From contig PBWR01000023.1 in NCBI GenBank assembly GCA_002727315.1, forward strand, positions 100,722 to 164,721: a stretch of 64,000 bases of DNA, given 5' to 3'. Position 1 is the first letter of the stretch. Each line of letters starts with the position of its first letter. The position numbers and the translations under genes were made by a program. This document shows, one piece after another, positions 1 to 8,121 of the stretch. The notes beneath the pieces are model-generated. The model saw only the letters and a list, made by a program, of their open reading frames with translations. It did not search any database and had not been told where the DNA came from. Origin of the DNA: Alphaproteobacteria bacterium. GTDB taxonomy: Bacteria; Pseudomonadota; Alphaproteobacteria; UBA6615.

Positions 1-435
1 ACGGCGCCCTATGTCCTGTTCGTGCCGGGCGGCTCGGCGCACCGGCCCGAGAAACGCTGGCCCGTCGGCTCGTTCACGGAGCTTGCGCGCCGGCTGGCGG
101 CCTGCGGGGTCACACCGGTGCTGATCGGGGCCGGGCCCGACGCCCACGCCACGGGCACAATCGATTCCTTCTGTGACGCGGCGCGCGACTTGACGGCCGA
201 TACCAGCTTCGCCGAGATCGTCGCCCTGGCCCGCGGTGCGGCCAGCGCCGTGGGGAACGACACGGGTCCCATGCACCTGATCACGATCGCCGGCTGCCCG
301 TCGGTGGTGCTGTATTCCCAGGCCTCGGACCCGGCCCTGTGTGCTCAGAAGGGGGTGGACGTGACCATTCTCCGCCACGATCTTCTGAGCGAACTTTCCG
401 TCGACGAGGTTGAAGCGGCTCTCAAGCTGGATTAA
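1..435 (+). CDS. glycosyltransferase family 9 (LPS heptosyltransferase-like), C-terminal part; gene begins upstream of window
   Basis: Frame is open from base 1 (TAPYVLFVPGGSAHRPEKRWP...). GT9-like C-terminal motifs (GNDTGPMHL). Stop at 433-435. Confidence 0.5.
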   Translation, partial: TAPYVLFVPGGSAHRPEKRWPVGSFTELARRLAACGVTPVLIGAGPDAHATGTIDSFCDAARDLTADTSFAEIVALARGAASAVGNDTGPMHLITIAGCPSVVLYSQASDPALCAQKGVDVTILRHDLLSELSVDEVEAALKLD

Positions 436-447
436 ATGCTGCGCGTG

Positions 448-480
448 CGCCCGGTTTGGTTAACCGGGCGTTATAGGTTT
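448..480 (+). terminator. hairpin cgcccggtt-tggtt-aaccgggcg followed by ttataggttt; likely rho-independent terminator of the upstream gene (possible thrS leader element)
   Basis: 9-bp perfect stem 448-456/462-470 with loop UGGUU, then a T-rich tract. Confidence 0.5.
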
Positions 481-500
481 CGAACCACAACGGACACGAC

Positions 501-2453
501 ATGGTAGACCCCGCCGAAATAAACCAGATCACGATTTCCCTGCCCGACGGCAGCGCCCGCACCTTTGTGGGACCGGTGACTGGTGCCGAGATCGCGGCCG
601 ATATCGGCTCGGGCTTGGCGAAGGCTGCGCTTGCCGTGAAGGTGGATGGCGAGGTGCGTGACCTTGCCCGGCCGATTGAGGCCGATGCGGAGATCGCGAT
701 CGTCACGTCGAAGGACGACGATGCGCTCGAGCTGATCCGTCACGACGCGGCCCATGTGCTGGCCGAGGCTGTGCAGGAACTGTTTCCGGGAACCCAGATC
801 ACGTTCGGCCCCGCGACCGAGGACGGGTTCTATTACGATTTCCACCGCGCCGAGCCGTTCTCGTCGGATGATTTCGCCGCCATCGAGAAGAAGATGGAGG
901 AGATCGTCGACCGCGACGAGGAGATCATCCGCGAGGTGTGGTCGCGCGACAAGGTGCGCGCCTTCTTCGAAGAGCAGGGCGAGACGTTCAAGGCCGAGTG
1001 GGTTGGTGAACTGCCGGAAGGCGAGGACATCACCATGTATCGCCAGGGCGACTGGATCGACCTTTGCCGTGGGCCGCATCTGCCCTCGACGGGCCGGTTG
1101 CCGAAGGCGTTCAAGCTGATGAAGCTCGCCGGTGCCTATTGGCGCGGCGATGCCGCCAACGACCAGTTGCAGCGGATCTACGGCACGGCGTGGCGCAACC
1201 CGAAAGAGCTCAAGGCCCATCTCACGATGATCGAGGAGGCCGAGAAGCGCGACCATCGCCGCATCGGCCGCGAGATGGACCTTTTCCATTTCCAGGACGA
1301 GGCGCCGGGTGCAGTGTTCTGGCACCCGAAGGGCTGGGCGCTGTTCCGTCTGCTTGTGGACTACATGCGCCGTCGCCAGGAAGAGGCCGGCTATGTCGAG
1401 ATCTCCACGCCGACCCTGATGGATCGCGCAATGTGGGAGACGTCTGGTCATTGGGAGAGCTTCCGCGAGCATATGTTCACGACCGAGACCGAAGACGGTC
1501 GGATCTACGCGGTGAAGCCGATGAACTGTCCTGGCGGAACCCAAGTCTACAAACAGGGAAACCGTAGTTATCGCGACCTGCCCATTCGTATGTCGGAGTT
1601 CGGCAAGGTCAACCGGTACGAACCGTCTGGTGCCCTGCACGGGCTGATGCGGGTGCGTGAGTTCACCCAGGACGATGCGCACATCTTCTGTACGCCGGAT
1701 CAGATGGAATCCGAATGCCAGACGGTCGTCGGCCTGATTCTCGACATCTATCGGGAGTTCGGCTTCGACGACGTGCGGATCAAATTCTCCGACCGGCCGG
1801 AGAAGCGGATTGGATCGGCCGCGGTCTGGGATTCGCTCGAGGCCGCGTTGAAGGGTGCGCTTGAGAGCATGGAGCTCGATTACACCTACAACCCGGGCGA
1901 GGGCGCCTTCTACAGACCCAAGCTGGAGTTCGTGCTGCGTGACGCCATCGGCCGCGACTGGCAGTGCGGGACGTTGCAGGTCGATATGAACCTGACCGAA
2001 CGCTTCGATATGAACTATGTGGGCGCGGACGGCGAGAAGCATCGCCCGGTCATGCTGCACAGGGCGCTGTTCGGGTCGCTGGAGCGTTTCACGGGCATCC
2101 TGATAGAGCACTATGCCGGGCGTTTCCCCGTGTGGCTAGCACCCGTCCAGGCGGTCGTGGCGACGATCACGAGCGACGCTAATGAATATGCCGAGGAGGT
2201 TGCGGCCGCGTGCCGGGCCGCCGGGCTGCGGGTCGAGGCCGACCTGCGCAACGAAAAGATCAATTACAAGGTGCGCGAACATTCGCTGCAGCACGTTCCG
2301 GCGATCCTGGTGGTTGGCCGCCGGGAGGCGGAGGAGGGCACGGTCGCTGTCCGTCGCCTCGGCACGAAGGAGCAGGAAGTGCTTGCGTTGGGGGACGCGG
2401 TCGGCAAACTAAGCGCCGAGGCACAAAGCCCTGCGGCGTTATACGCTGAATAA
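501..2453 (+). CDS. thrS: threonine--tRNA ligase
   Basis: 650 aa. TGS N-domain, class II aaRS motifs, zinc-site motif (FCTPDQ..), anticodon-binding C-terminus. Conserved thrS-infC synteny. Confidence 0.95.
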   Translation: MVDPAEINQITISLPDGSARTFVGPVTGAEIAADIGSGLAKAALAVKVDGEVRDLARPIEADAEIAIVTSKDDDALELIRHDAAHVLAEAVQELFPGTQITFGPATEDGFYYDFHRAEPFSSDDFAAIEKKMEEIVDRDEEIIREVWSRDKVRAFFEEQGETFKAEWVGELPEGEDITMYRQGDWIDLCRGPHLPSTGRLPKAFKLMKLAGAYWRGDAANDQLQRIYGTAWRNPKELKAHLTMIEEAEKRDHRRIGREMDLFHFQDEAPGAVFWHPKGWALFRLLVDYMRRRQEEAGYVEISTPTLMDRAMWETSGHWESFREHMFTTETEDGRIYAVKPMNCPGGTQVYKQGNRSYRDLPIRMSEFGKVNRYEPSGALHGLMRVREFTQDDAHIFCTPDQMESECQTVVGLILDIYREFGFDDVRIKFSDRPEKRIGSAAVWDSLEAALKGALESMELDYTYNPGEGAFYRPKLEFVLRDAIGRDWQCGTLQVDMNLTERFDMNYVGADGEKHRPVMLHRALFGSLERFTGILIEHYAGRFPVWLAPVQAVVATITSDANEYAEEVAAACRAAGLRVEADLRNEKINYKVREHSLQHVPAILVVGRREAEEGTVAVRRLGTKEQEVLALGDAVGKLSAEAQSPAALYAE

Positions 2454-2495
2454 ACAACCAATGTCGTTTGAAATAACGCTGGAAGGAGAACTGTA

Positions 2496-3035
2496 ATCGC
2501 TAGGCGTCCAGTAGATGCGAGCCCGCCGAAAAAAGACGGGCCGCGAACCAACGAGGATATCGAGGTCTCGGAAGTACGCCTCGTTGACGAGAATGGCGAA
2601 CAGGTTGGTGTCGTCAGTACGGAATTGGCCCTGCAGCGCGCCATCGCCGCGGGCCTCGATCTGGTGGAGGTGTCGCCGAACGCCGACCCGCCGGTTTGCA
2701 AGATCATCGATTACGGGAAGCTCAAATATCAGGAGCAGAAAAAGCGCAACGAGACGCGCAAGAAGCAGAAGACGATCGACGTCAAGGAGATCAAGCTTCG
2801 ACCGAACATCGACACCCATGACTATGACGTGAAGATGCGCAACGCCCGCCGGTTCATCGATGATGGTGACAAGGTGAAGGTGACCCTGCGCTTCCGTGGC
2901 CGCGAGATGGCCCATCAGGACCTGGGTGCCCAGGTTCTGCAGCGAGTCCGCGAAGAACTGGACGAGATCGCAAAGGTTGAGCAGATGCCCAAGATGGAGG
3001 GCCGCCAGATGGTGATGGTGATGTCGCCGCGCTAG
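2496..3035 (+). CDS. infC: translation initiation factor IF-3, apparently initiating at a non-AUG (AUC) codon
   Basis: IF3 homology (..[52 protein letters not shown]..) extends upstream of the first in-frame ATG/GTG/TTG (TTG at 2625). In-frame stop at 2469-2471. SD AAGGAG at 2483-2488, then 7 nt, then ATC at 2496. Confidence 0.8.
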   Translation: MARRPVDASPPKKDGPRTNEDIEVSEVRLVDENGEQVGVVSTELALQRAIAAGLDLVEVSPNADPPVCKIIDYGKLKYQEQKKRNETRKKQKTIDVKEIKLRPNIDTHDYDVKMRNARRFIDDGDKVKVTLRFRGREMAHQDLGAQVLQRVREELDEIAKVEQMPKMEGRQMVMVMSPR

Positions 3036-3064
3036 GCCGGAACAACACGGCCCAGACAAACGAA

Positions 3065-3099
3065 GCCCCGAGCGGTTGCGCTCGGGGCTTTTTGTTTGT
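3065..3099 (+). terminator. rho-independent terminator after infC
   Basis: gccccgagcg-gttg-cgctcggggc stem followed by TTTTTGTTTGT. Confidence 0.8.
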
Positions 3100-3338
3100 C
3101 GGCACGCCGGTACCGACCGGATGTATGTCCGTGCTGAAGCCGGGTGAGGCGGCTAGTTGGTGCGCAGCTGGCTGATCGCGCCGGCCCAGTTTAGGTCCGT
3201 GACCAGTTTCTCGAAGCCACCGACCTGTCCGAGGAACTGGTCACGGGTTTTGCGACCAGCGGGGCAATCAGTAATGCAGCGCGCGATGGCCTGGTCAGGC
3301 ATTTTGTCAAAACGGTCGCGCAGGGATAACGCTGACGG

Positions 3339-4079
3339 TCAGGAATGGGCCCCGGCCACCTCCAGCATTATCTCCGCCAGCGCGTCGGGTGCAGAGAGCT
3401 GCGGCGCATGGTCGGTGTCGAGTGAATAGAGTTCCCCGACCGGTGTCTCGGTGTACATCCGCGCCTGCAGTTTGTGAAACACCGACTGATCGCGCAGCGT
3501 TTCGATATAGACCCGCGGTACGGTGCCGAACTTTGCTTCACTCAGTTGCAGCTTGGAGCGCCGCCCGCCCTCGGGCTGAGGGGTGAGCCGGGCCGCGGCT
3601 GCGAGCCCGTCGTCGGGAGCGGCGGTGTTGTAGAACACGGCCATGGCCGATGCCGGGTCGATCATCGACAGATGCCCGTCATCGGAATAGCCGACCCGAG
3701 CATGTGCCCCGGTCATCCAGTCTTCCCAGGCCCGGTCGTAGAAATCGACGATGGATTCCCCGTCGGGCAGCAGGAAGGCGCACAGATAGACCGCAACGGC
3801 GATTTGCGTCGGGCGCAGTTCCGACGCCTGGGCCACCACCGTGCCGCCCATGGAGTGACCGACCAAAATGACGGGGTCTTCGCCCGTGTCAATCAGGCCG
3901 GCGACATGTTTGGCATAGACCATGGTCGTCACGTCAGCGGGCTCCGCGCTGTCATTGTGACCGTTGCCCGGCAGGTCGACGGCGATGGCCGTGTGGCCGG
4001 CGACTTCGAGCAGCGGGACCACCCGGGCCCAGGCCCAGGCGCCCTGCCAGGCGCCGTGCACCAGGACAAATCTCGCCAC
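3339..4079 (-). CDS. alpha/beta-fold hydrolase (esterase/methylesterase-like)
   Basis: VARFVLVHGAWQGAW... HSMGG nucleophile elbow. GTG start at 4079, 2 nt after the stop of the upstream oxygenase gene (translational coupling). The tool ORF extends to 4382 but would overlap the oxygenase gene. Confidence 0.75.
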   Translation of the reverse strand: MARFVLVHGAWQGAWAWARVVPLLEVAGHTAIAVDLPGNGHNDSAEPADVTTMVYAKHVAGLIDTGEDPVILVGHSMGGTVVAQASELRPTQIAVAVYLCAFLLPDGESIVDFYDRAWEDWMTGAHARVGYSDDGHLSMIDPASAMAVFYNTAAPDDGLAAAARLTPQPEGGRRSKLQLSEAKFGTVPRVYIETLRDQSVFHKLQARMYTETPVGELYSLDTDHAPQLSAPDALAEIMLEVAGAHS

Positions 4080-4081
4080 GG

Positions 4082-5083
4082 TCAGTCGTCCGTCTCGAGG
4101 CGGGTTGCGGTGTACATGGACACACGGTAGGGGCCGGAAAAGACCGGCTCGTATTTCGGCGGATTGTCCGCGTCCGTGCAGGTCGGGATGCACGCGATCT
4201 CGGCGTCGTAGTTGGGGTGGTGGAAGAACACCACCGACAGCCGGTCGCTGGCCTCGCCGGCGTCTTCGGGCGGGATCGCCACCCGGTGCGGGTTCGACAC
4301 GAACCGGTCGTTGGTCCAGCGCATCATTAGGTCGCCGATGTTGACGACGAAGGAATCCGCCGGGGTGGGAACGGCGATCCACGCGCCGTCGCGGGTGCGC
4401 ACCTCAAGCCCTCCGAGCCGGTCCTCGCTCAGCAGCAGGGTCAAGGTATCGTAATCCGTGTGGGCGCCGGCGCGCAGCTGGCCGGGCAGGGGAGTGGCGG
4501 CCAGGGGCGGGTAGCGGATGATCCGCAGCGCCGCGATCTGGCGGTCGGTGTACTTGCGGAAGAAATCGGCGGGCAGATCCAGTGCGGCGGCGAAGATTTC
4601 CTCGATCTTCCAGGCCAGCGCCTCGACCCGCCGGTAATAGGCCGCCGCCGCGTCGTGGAAGTCCGCCGGCGTCGACGGGTAGACATTCTCGATGAAATGT
4701 GCCGCTGCCGCCTCGCAGGTGAAGTAGTCCTCGTCCGGGAAGTCGGGCGGGCCCATATGTAAGACTTCTTTCAAATCCGGCGGCGTCTCCTCGCCCGCCC
4801 CGTAGGCCAGTCCCTCGTCGCCGATGGCGCGATAGCCGCGGGGCAGGGACGGGTCGGCGTGGTGCACCGTCGCCTTTTCCCTGGCCGGGCGGGCAAAGAA
4901 GCCTTTCGCCGCCGCCCGCAGCCCGTCGACGATCTCCGCCTCGACGCCGTGGCCGGTGATGGCGAAGAAACCGATGCCCTCGCAGGCCGTGCGGACCTGG
5001 TCGATGACGTCGCCGGCGTCGCTGCCGTCGAGGAACGGCGCGATGTCGATAACGGGGACCCCGGTCGTCGGTGTCTGGCTCAT
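4082..5083 (-). CDS. 2OG-Fe(II) oxygenase family protein (isopenicillin N synthase-like)
   Basis: 333 aa. N-terminal VPVIDIAPF.., HxD..H iron motif (HTDYD ... NPHRV). Confidence 0.8.
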   Translation of the reverse strand: MSQTPTTGVPVIDIAPFLDGSDAGDVIDQVRTACEGIGFFAITGHGVEAEIVDGLRAAAKGFFARPAREKATVHHADPSLPRGYRAIGDEGLAYGAGEETPPDLKEVLHMGPPDFPDEDYFTCEAAAAHFIENVYPSTPADFHDAAAAYYRRVEALAWKIEEIFAAALDLPADFFRKYTDRQIAALRIIRYPPLAATPLPGQLRAGAHTDYDTLTLLLSEDRLGGLEVRTRDGAWIAVPTPADSFVVNIGDLMMRWTNDRFVSNPHRVAIPPEDAGEASDRLSVVFFHHPNYDAEIACIPTCTDADNPPKYEPVFSGPYRVSMYTATRLETDD

Positions 5084-5164
5084 ATTCGGATGCTAGCGCG
5101 GGATTGGAGACCCGTCACCAAAACCGTCATTGCGAATGCGAAGCAAAGACGTCCGGCTGCACCG

Positions 5165-5276
5165 TCAGTCGTCGTCCCCGCGCAGGCGGGGACCCATAAT
5201 CTTGGCAGTTCGCCGCTTTGAGTCCGGTGTTTATGGATGCCCGCCTTCGCGGGCATGACGAAACTTGTGAGTATCC
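5165..5276. repeat. REP/MITE-like double-hairpin palindromic element, copy A
   Basis: Hairpin gtccccgc-gcag-gcggggac (5174-5193) plus ccataa. Second hairpin atgcccgc-cttc-gcgggcat (5237-5256) preceded by ttatgg. Shared flank gacgaaacttgtgagtatc. Related copies at 8002-8098 and 12612-12724. Confidence 0.75.
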
Positions 5277-6065
5277 CTAGGCCCGTGCGGATCGCGAATG
5301 CTGGCCGCCATCGGCCATGATCACGGTGCCGGAAATCCAAGAGGCCCGCGCGCTGGCCAGATAGGCCGCCAGCCACCCCATCTCCTCGGGCAGGCCCGGT
5401 CGCCCGCCGGGCAGGGACTTGTGGGTCTCGCGCCAGCGGTTTTCGTCGCCGAACTCCATGTCGGCGTTGATCTTGGCCTGGCTGACCAGCCGCTCGGTCT
5501 CGATCGGGCCGGGGTTGATGCCGACCACCCGGACCCCGTGATCCAGGCTCTCGGCCCCCAGCGCCCGGGTCAGTTGCATGAGCGCGGCGTTGCCCATGGA
5601 ACCGGCGATATAGGCCGCACGCGGCCGCTCGCCGGCCATACCGATGACATTGACGATGACGCCCGAGCCCCGCTTGCACATGCGCGGATAGATTTCCCGG
5701 GTCAGGCCGACAAAGCCGAATACCTTCAGGTCCCACGCCCCCTTGATGGTGTCGTCGTCGAGGCGGGCCAGGTCGCCCGCGGGAATCGCGCCGGCATTGT
5801 TGACCAGGATGTCGCAATCGCCCGCGGCCTCGGCGAGTTGGTGCACCGCGTCCGGTTTCGACAGATCGAGCGCGTGCACCGTCGCCTGGGCGCCGAAACG
5901 GCCGTTCAGATCGTCGCGCAGGGCGACCAGACCCGCCTCGGTGCGCGAGACCAGATGCAGCGAGCAGCCTTCCTCGGCCAGCACCTCGGCCACGGCCTTG
6001 CCGATCCCCTTGCTGGCGCCGGTTACGATCGCGGTCTTGCCGCCCAGTTCCAGGTCCATTCCCAT
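5277..6065 (-). CDS. SDR family oxidoreductase (short-chain dehydrogenase/reductase)
   Basis: [24 protein letters not shown].. Rossmann motif, NNAG motif. Start chosen at the Met preceding TGxxxGxG (SD AAGGGGG). Tool ORF extends to 6359. Confidence 0.8.
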   Translation of the reverse strand: MGMDLELGGKTAIVTGASKGIGKAVAEVLAEEGCSLHLVSRTEAGLVALRDDLNGRFGAQATVHALDLSKPDAVHQLAEAAGDCDILVNNAGAIPAGDLARLDDDTIKGAWDLKVFGFVGLTREIYPRMCKRGSGVIVNVIGMAGERPRAAYIAGSMGNAALMQLTRALGAESLDHGVRVVGINPGPIETERLVSQAKINADMEFGDENRWRETHKSLPGGRPGLPEEMGWLAAYLASARASWISGTVIMADGGQHSRSARA

Positions 6066-6150
6066 CCCCCTTGAAGTCACGTTGTGTTTTCCGGCTGAAA
6101 GGCTAGTCATCGCGCTGGGTTCAGGCAATGGATTCAGGCGCCGGAAGCGC

Positions 6151-6179
6151 TTGCAACCCACCCCCGGCACCGCTATAAC
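6151..6179 (+). promoter_or_regulatory. sigma70-like promoter for rpmI-rplT-pheST
   Basis: TTGCAA at 6151-6156, 17-nt spacer, TATAAC at 6174-6179, ~95 nt upstream of rpmI. Confidence 0.45.
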
Positions 6180-6273
6180 CGCGGCCGTTTCCGAACAGCG
6201 ATGGTCCGGCGAGGCGCAGTTAACGCCCGGGCATGCCCAGCCGTGGAGCAAAGTACGCGAAAGCGAGGATAAA

Positions 6274-6480
6274 ATGCCCAAGATGAAGACGAAGTCGTCG
6301 GCCAAGAAGCGATTCAAGGTCACGGCCACCGGAAAAATCCGAATGAAGCCTTCGGGCATGCGTCACGGCATGCGCAAGCGCTCGCAGTCCATGAAGCGCA
6401 AGGCGCGCAAGATCGGGAACATCGCCCCGGCGGACGAGAAGATTCTACGCCCGATGATGCCGTACGCGAAGAAGGGGTAG
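6274..6480 (+). CDS. rpmI: 50S ribosomal protein L35
   Basis: [25 protein letters not shown]..., 68 aa, SD GAGGAT upstream. Lies inside the longer tool ORF 5743-6480. Confidence 0.9.
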   Translation: MPKMKTKSSAKKRFKVTATGKIRMKPSGMRHGMRKRSQSMKRKARKIGNIAPADEKILRPMMPYAKKG

Positions 6481-6483
6481 CCG

Positions 6484-6849
6484 ATGTCACGCGCAAAAAG
6501 CACTGTCCAGCGCCACGCCAAGCGCAAGAAGGTTCTGAAGGCAGCCAAGGGTTACCGGGGCCGCAATTCCAAGGTCTACCGCGTCGCCAAGGAGCGGGTC
6601 GAAAAAGGCCTGCAATACGCCTACCGCGACCGCCGGGTGAAGAAGCGGAACTTCCGCTCCCTGTGGATCCAGCGCATCAATGCTGGCGCCCGCGAACACG
6701 GGCTGACCTATTCCCAGTTCATGGCCGGCATGAAACAGGCGGGCATCGAGCTCGACCGCAAGGTGCTGGCCGATCTGGCCGTTCGTGAACCCGAGGCCTT
6801 CAAGGACCTGGTGGAGCAGGCGCAGAGCGCCCTCGGCGCCTCTGCCTAG
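6484..6849 (+). CDS. rplT: 50S ribosomal protein L20
   Basis: [37 protein letters not shown]..., 121 aa. Confidence 0.95.
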   Translation: MSRAKSTVQRHAKRKKVLKAAKGYRGRNSKVYRVAKERVEKGLQYAYRDRRVKKRNFRSLWIQRINAGAREHGLTYSQFMAGMKQAGIELDRKVLADLAVREPEAFKDLVEQAQSALGASA

Positions 6850-6902
6850 GCCCTGCCGGGCCTCGACCGGCCCTCAACCGACGGGTCCAAACCGGTGACG
6901 CC

Positions 6903-7991
6903 ATGACCGCGCCCGACGTATCCGAGTTGCAAGATTCCCTGCTCGCCGAGGTGGCGGCGGCGGACAGCATCGACGTGCTCGAGGCCGTGCGCGTGTCCGC
7001 GCTCGGCAAGAAGGGCCGCATCACCGAACAGATGAAGGGGCTCGGGCAGCTCGACGGAGACGCCCGCAAGGAAGCCGGCCAGGCCCTCAACCGGGTCAAG
7101 GACGCGGTGGCCGATGCCATCGCGGCCCGCCAGGCCGATCTGGAATCCTCCGCGCTCGAAGCGCGCCTGGCGCACGAGACCGTCGACGTCACCCTAACGC
7201 CGCGCCCGCGCGCCGGCGGCCACCTGCATCCGGTCAGCCAGGTCACCGAGGAATGCATCGCGATCTTCGGCGAGATGGGTTTCACCGTCGCCGAGGGCCC
7301 GGACATCGAGGACGATTTCCACAACTTCACCGCGCTGAACATTCCGCCCGAGCATCCAGCCCGCCAGATGCACGACACCTTCTATCTGGAGGCGGCCGAC
7401 GGTGAGCCCCAGCCGGTGCTGCGGACCCACACCTCGCCGGTGCAGATCCGCACGATGGAGACCTCGAAGCCGCCGATCCGCGTGATCGCGCCGGGCCGCA
7501 CTTACCGCAGCGATTCCGATGCGACCCACACGCCGATGTTCCATCAGATCGAGGCGCTGGTGGTCGACGAGACGACCCATATGGGCCACCTGAAGGGCTG
7601 CATCATCGATTTCTGCCGCGCCTTCTTCGACATTCCCGACCTGCCGGTCCGCTTCCGGCCGAGCCACTTCCCGTTCACCGAACCCTCCATGGAGGTCGAT
7701 ATCGGCTGCTCGCGCGAGGGCGGTGAGCTGCGCATCGGCAATTTCGGTGAAGGTGCCGACAACTGGCTCGAGATCATGGGCTCGGGCATGGTCCACCCCA
7801 AGGTGCTGGAATATGGCGGCATCGATTCATCGAAGTACCAGGGCTTCGCCTTCGGCATGGGGATCGACCGCATCGCGATGCTGAAATACGGCATTCCCGA
7901 TCTGCGCACCTTCTTCGACGCCGACATCCGCTGGCTCAAGCATTACGGCTTCGTGCCCCTGGCCGTGCCGTCGATGGTCAGGGGGATGTGA
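6903..7991 (+). CDS. pheS: phenylalanine--tRNA ligase alpha subunit
   Basis: 362 aa, class II aaRS core ([22 protein letters not shown]). Confidence 0.95.
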   Translation: MTAPDVSELQDSLLAEVAAADSIDVLEAVRVSALGKKGRITEQMKGLGQLDGDARKEAGQALNRVKDAVADAIAARQADLESSALEARLAHETVDVTLTPRPRAGGHLHPVSQVTEECIAIFGEMGFTVAEGPDIEDDFHNFTALNIPPEHPARQMHDTFYLEAADGEPQPVLRTHTSPVQIRTMETSKPPIRVIAPGRTYRSDSDATHTPMFHQIEALVVDETTHMGHLKGCIIDFCRAFFDIPDLPVRFRPSHFPFTEPSMEVDIGCSREGGELRIGNFGEGADNWLEIMGSGMVHPKVLEYGGIDSSKYQGFAFGMGIDRIAMLKYGIPDLRTFFDADIRWLKHYGFVPLAVPSMVRGM

Positions 7992-8001
7992 TGCCTCCTA
8001 T

Positions 8002-8098
8002 CGTTCGTCATGCCCGCGCAGGTGGGCATCCATACACTCAGGCGTCTGAACGGGCAGCCATCGGCGTTTATGGGTCCCCGCCTTCGCGGGGACGACCA
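8002..8098. repeat. REP/MITE-like double-hairpin element, copy B (inside the pheS-pheT spacer)
   Basis: atgcccgc-gcag-gtgggcat (8010-8029) and gtccccgc-cttc-gcggggac (8074-8093). Same loops as copy A with the stem modules swapped. Confidence 0.7.
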
Positions 8099-8121
8099 TT
8101 GGTTAAATCCGGAGCTTCGCG

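Noticed and set aside
471-2111. 546-aa minus-strand ORF antisense to thrS (similar long antisense ORFs lie opposite pheT, lepA, yejA, dnaX and others)
   Set aside because: Low-complexity Arg/Ala/Gly-rich translation and complete overlap with strongly supported genes. It is a high-GC artefact.
2526-2538. A-AAA-AAG-like run (ccgaaaaaagac), considered as a programmed -1 frameshift heptamer as in E. coli dnaX
   Set aside because: It lies in infC, not dnaX, and the zero frame is ccg|aaa|aaa|gac, so the slippery X-XXY-YYZ register is not met. No comparable heptamer was noticed in dnaX.
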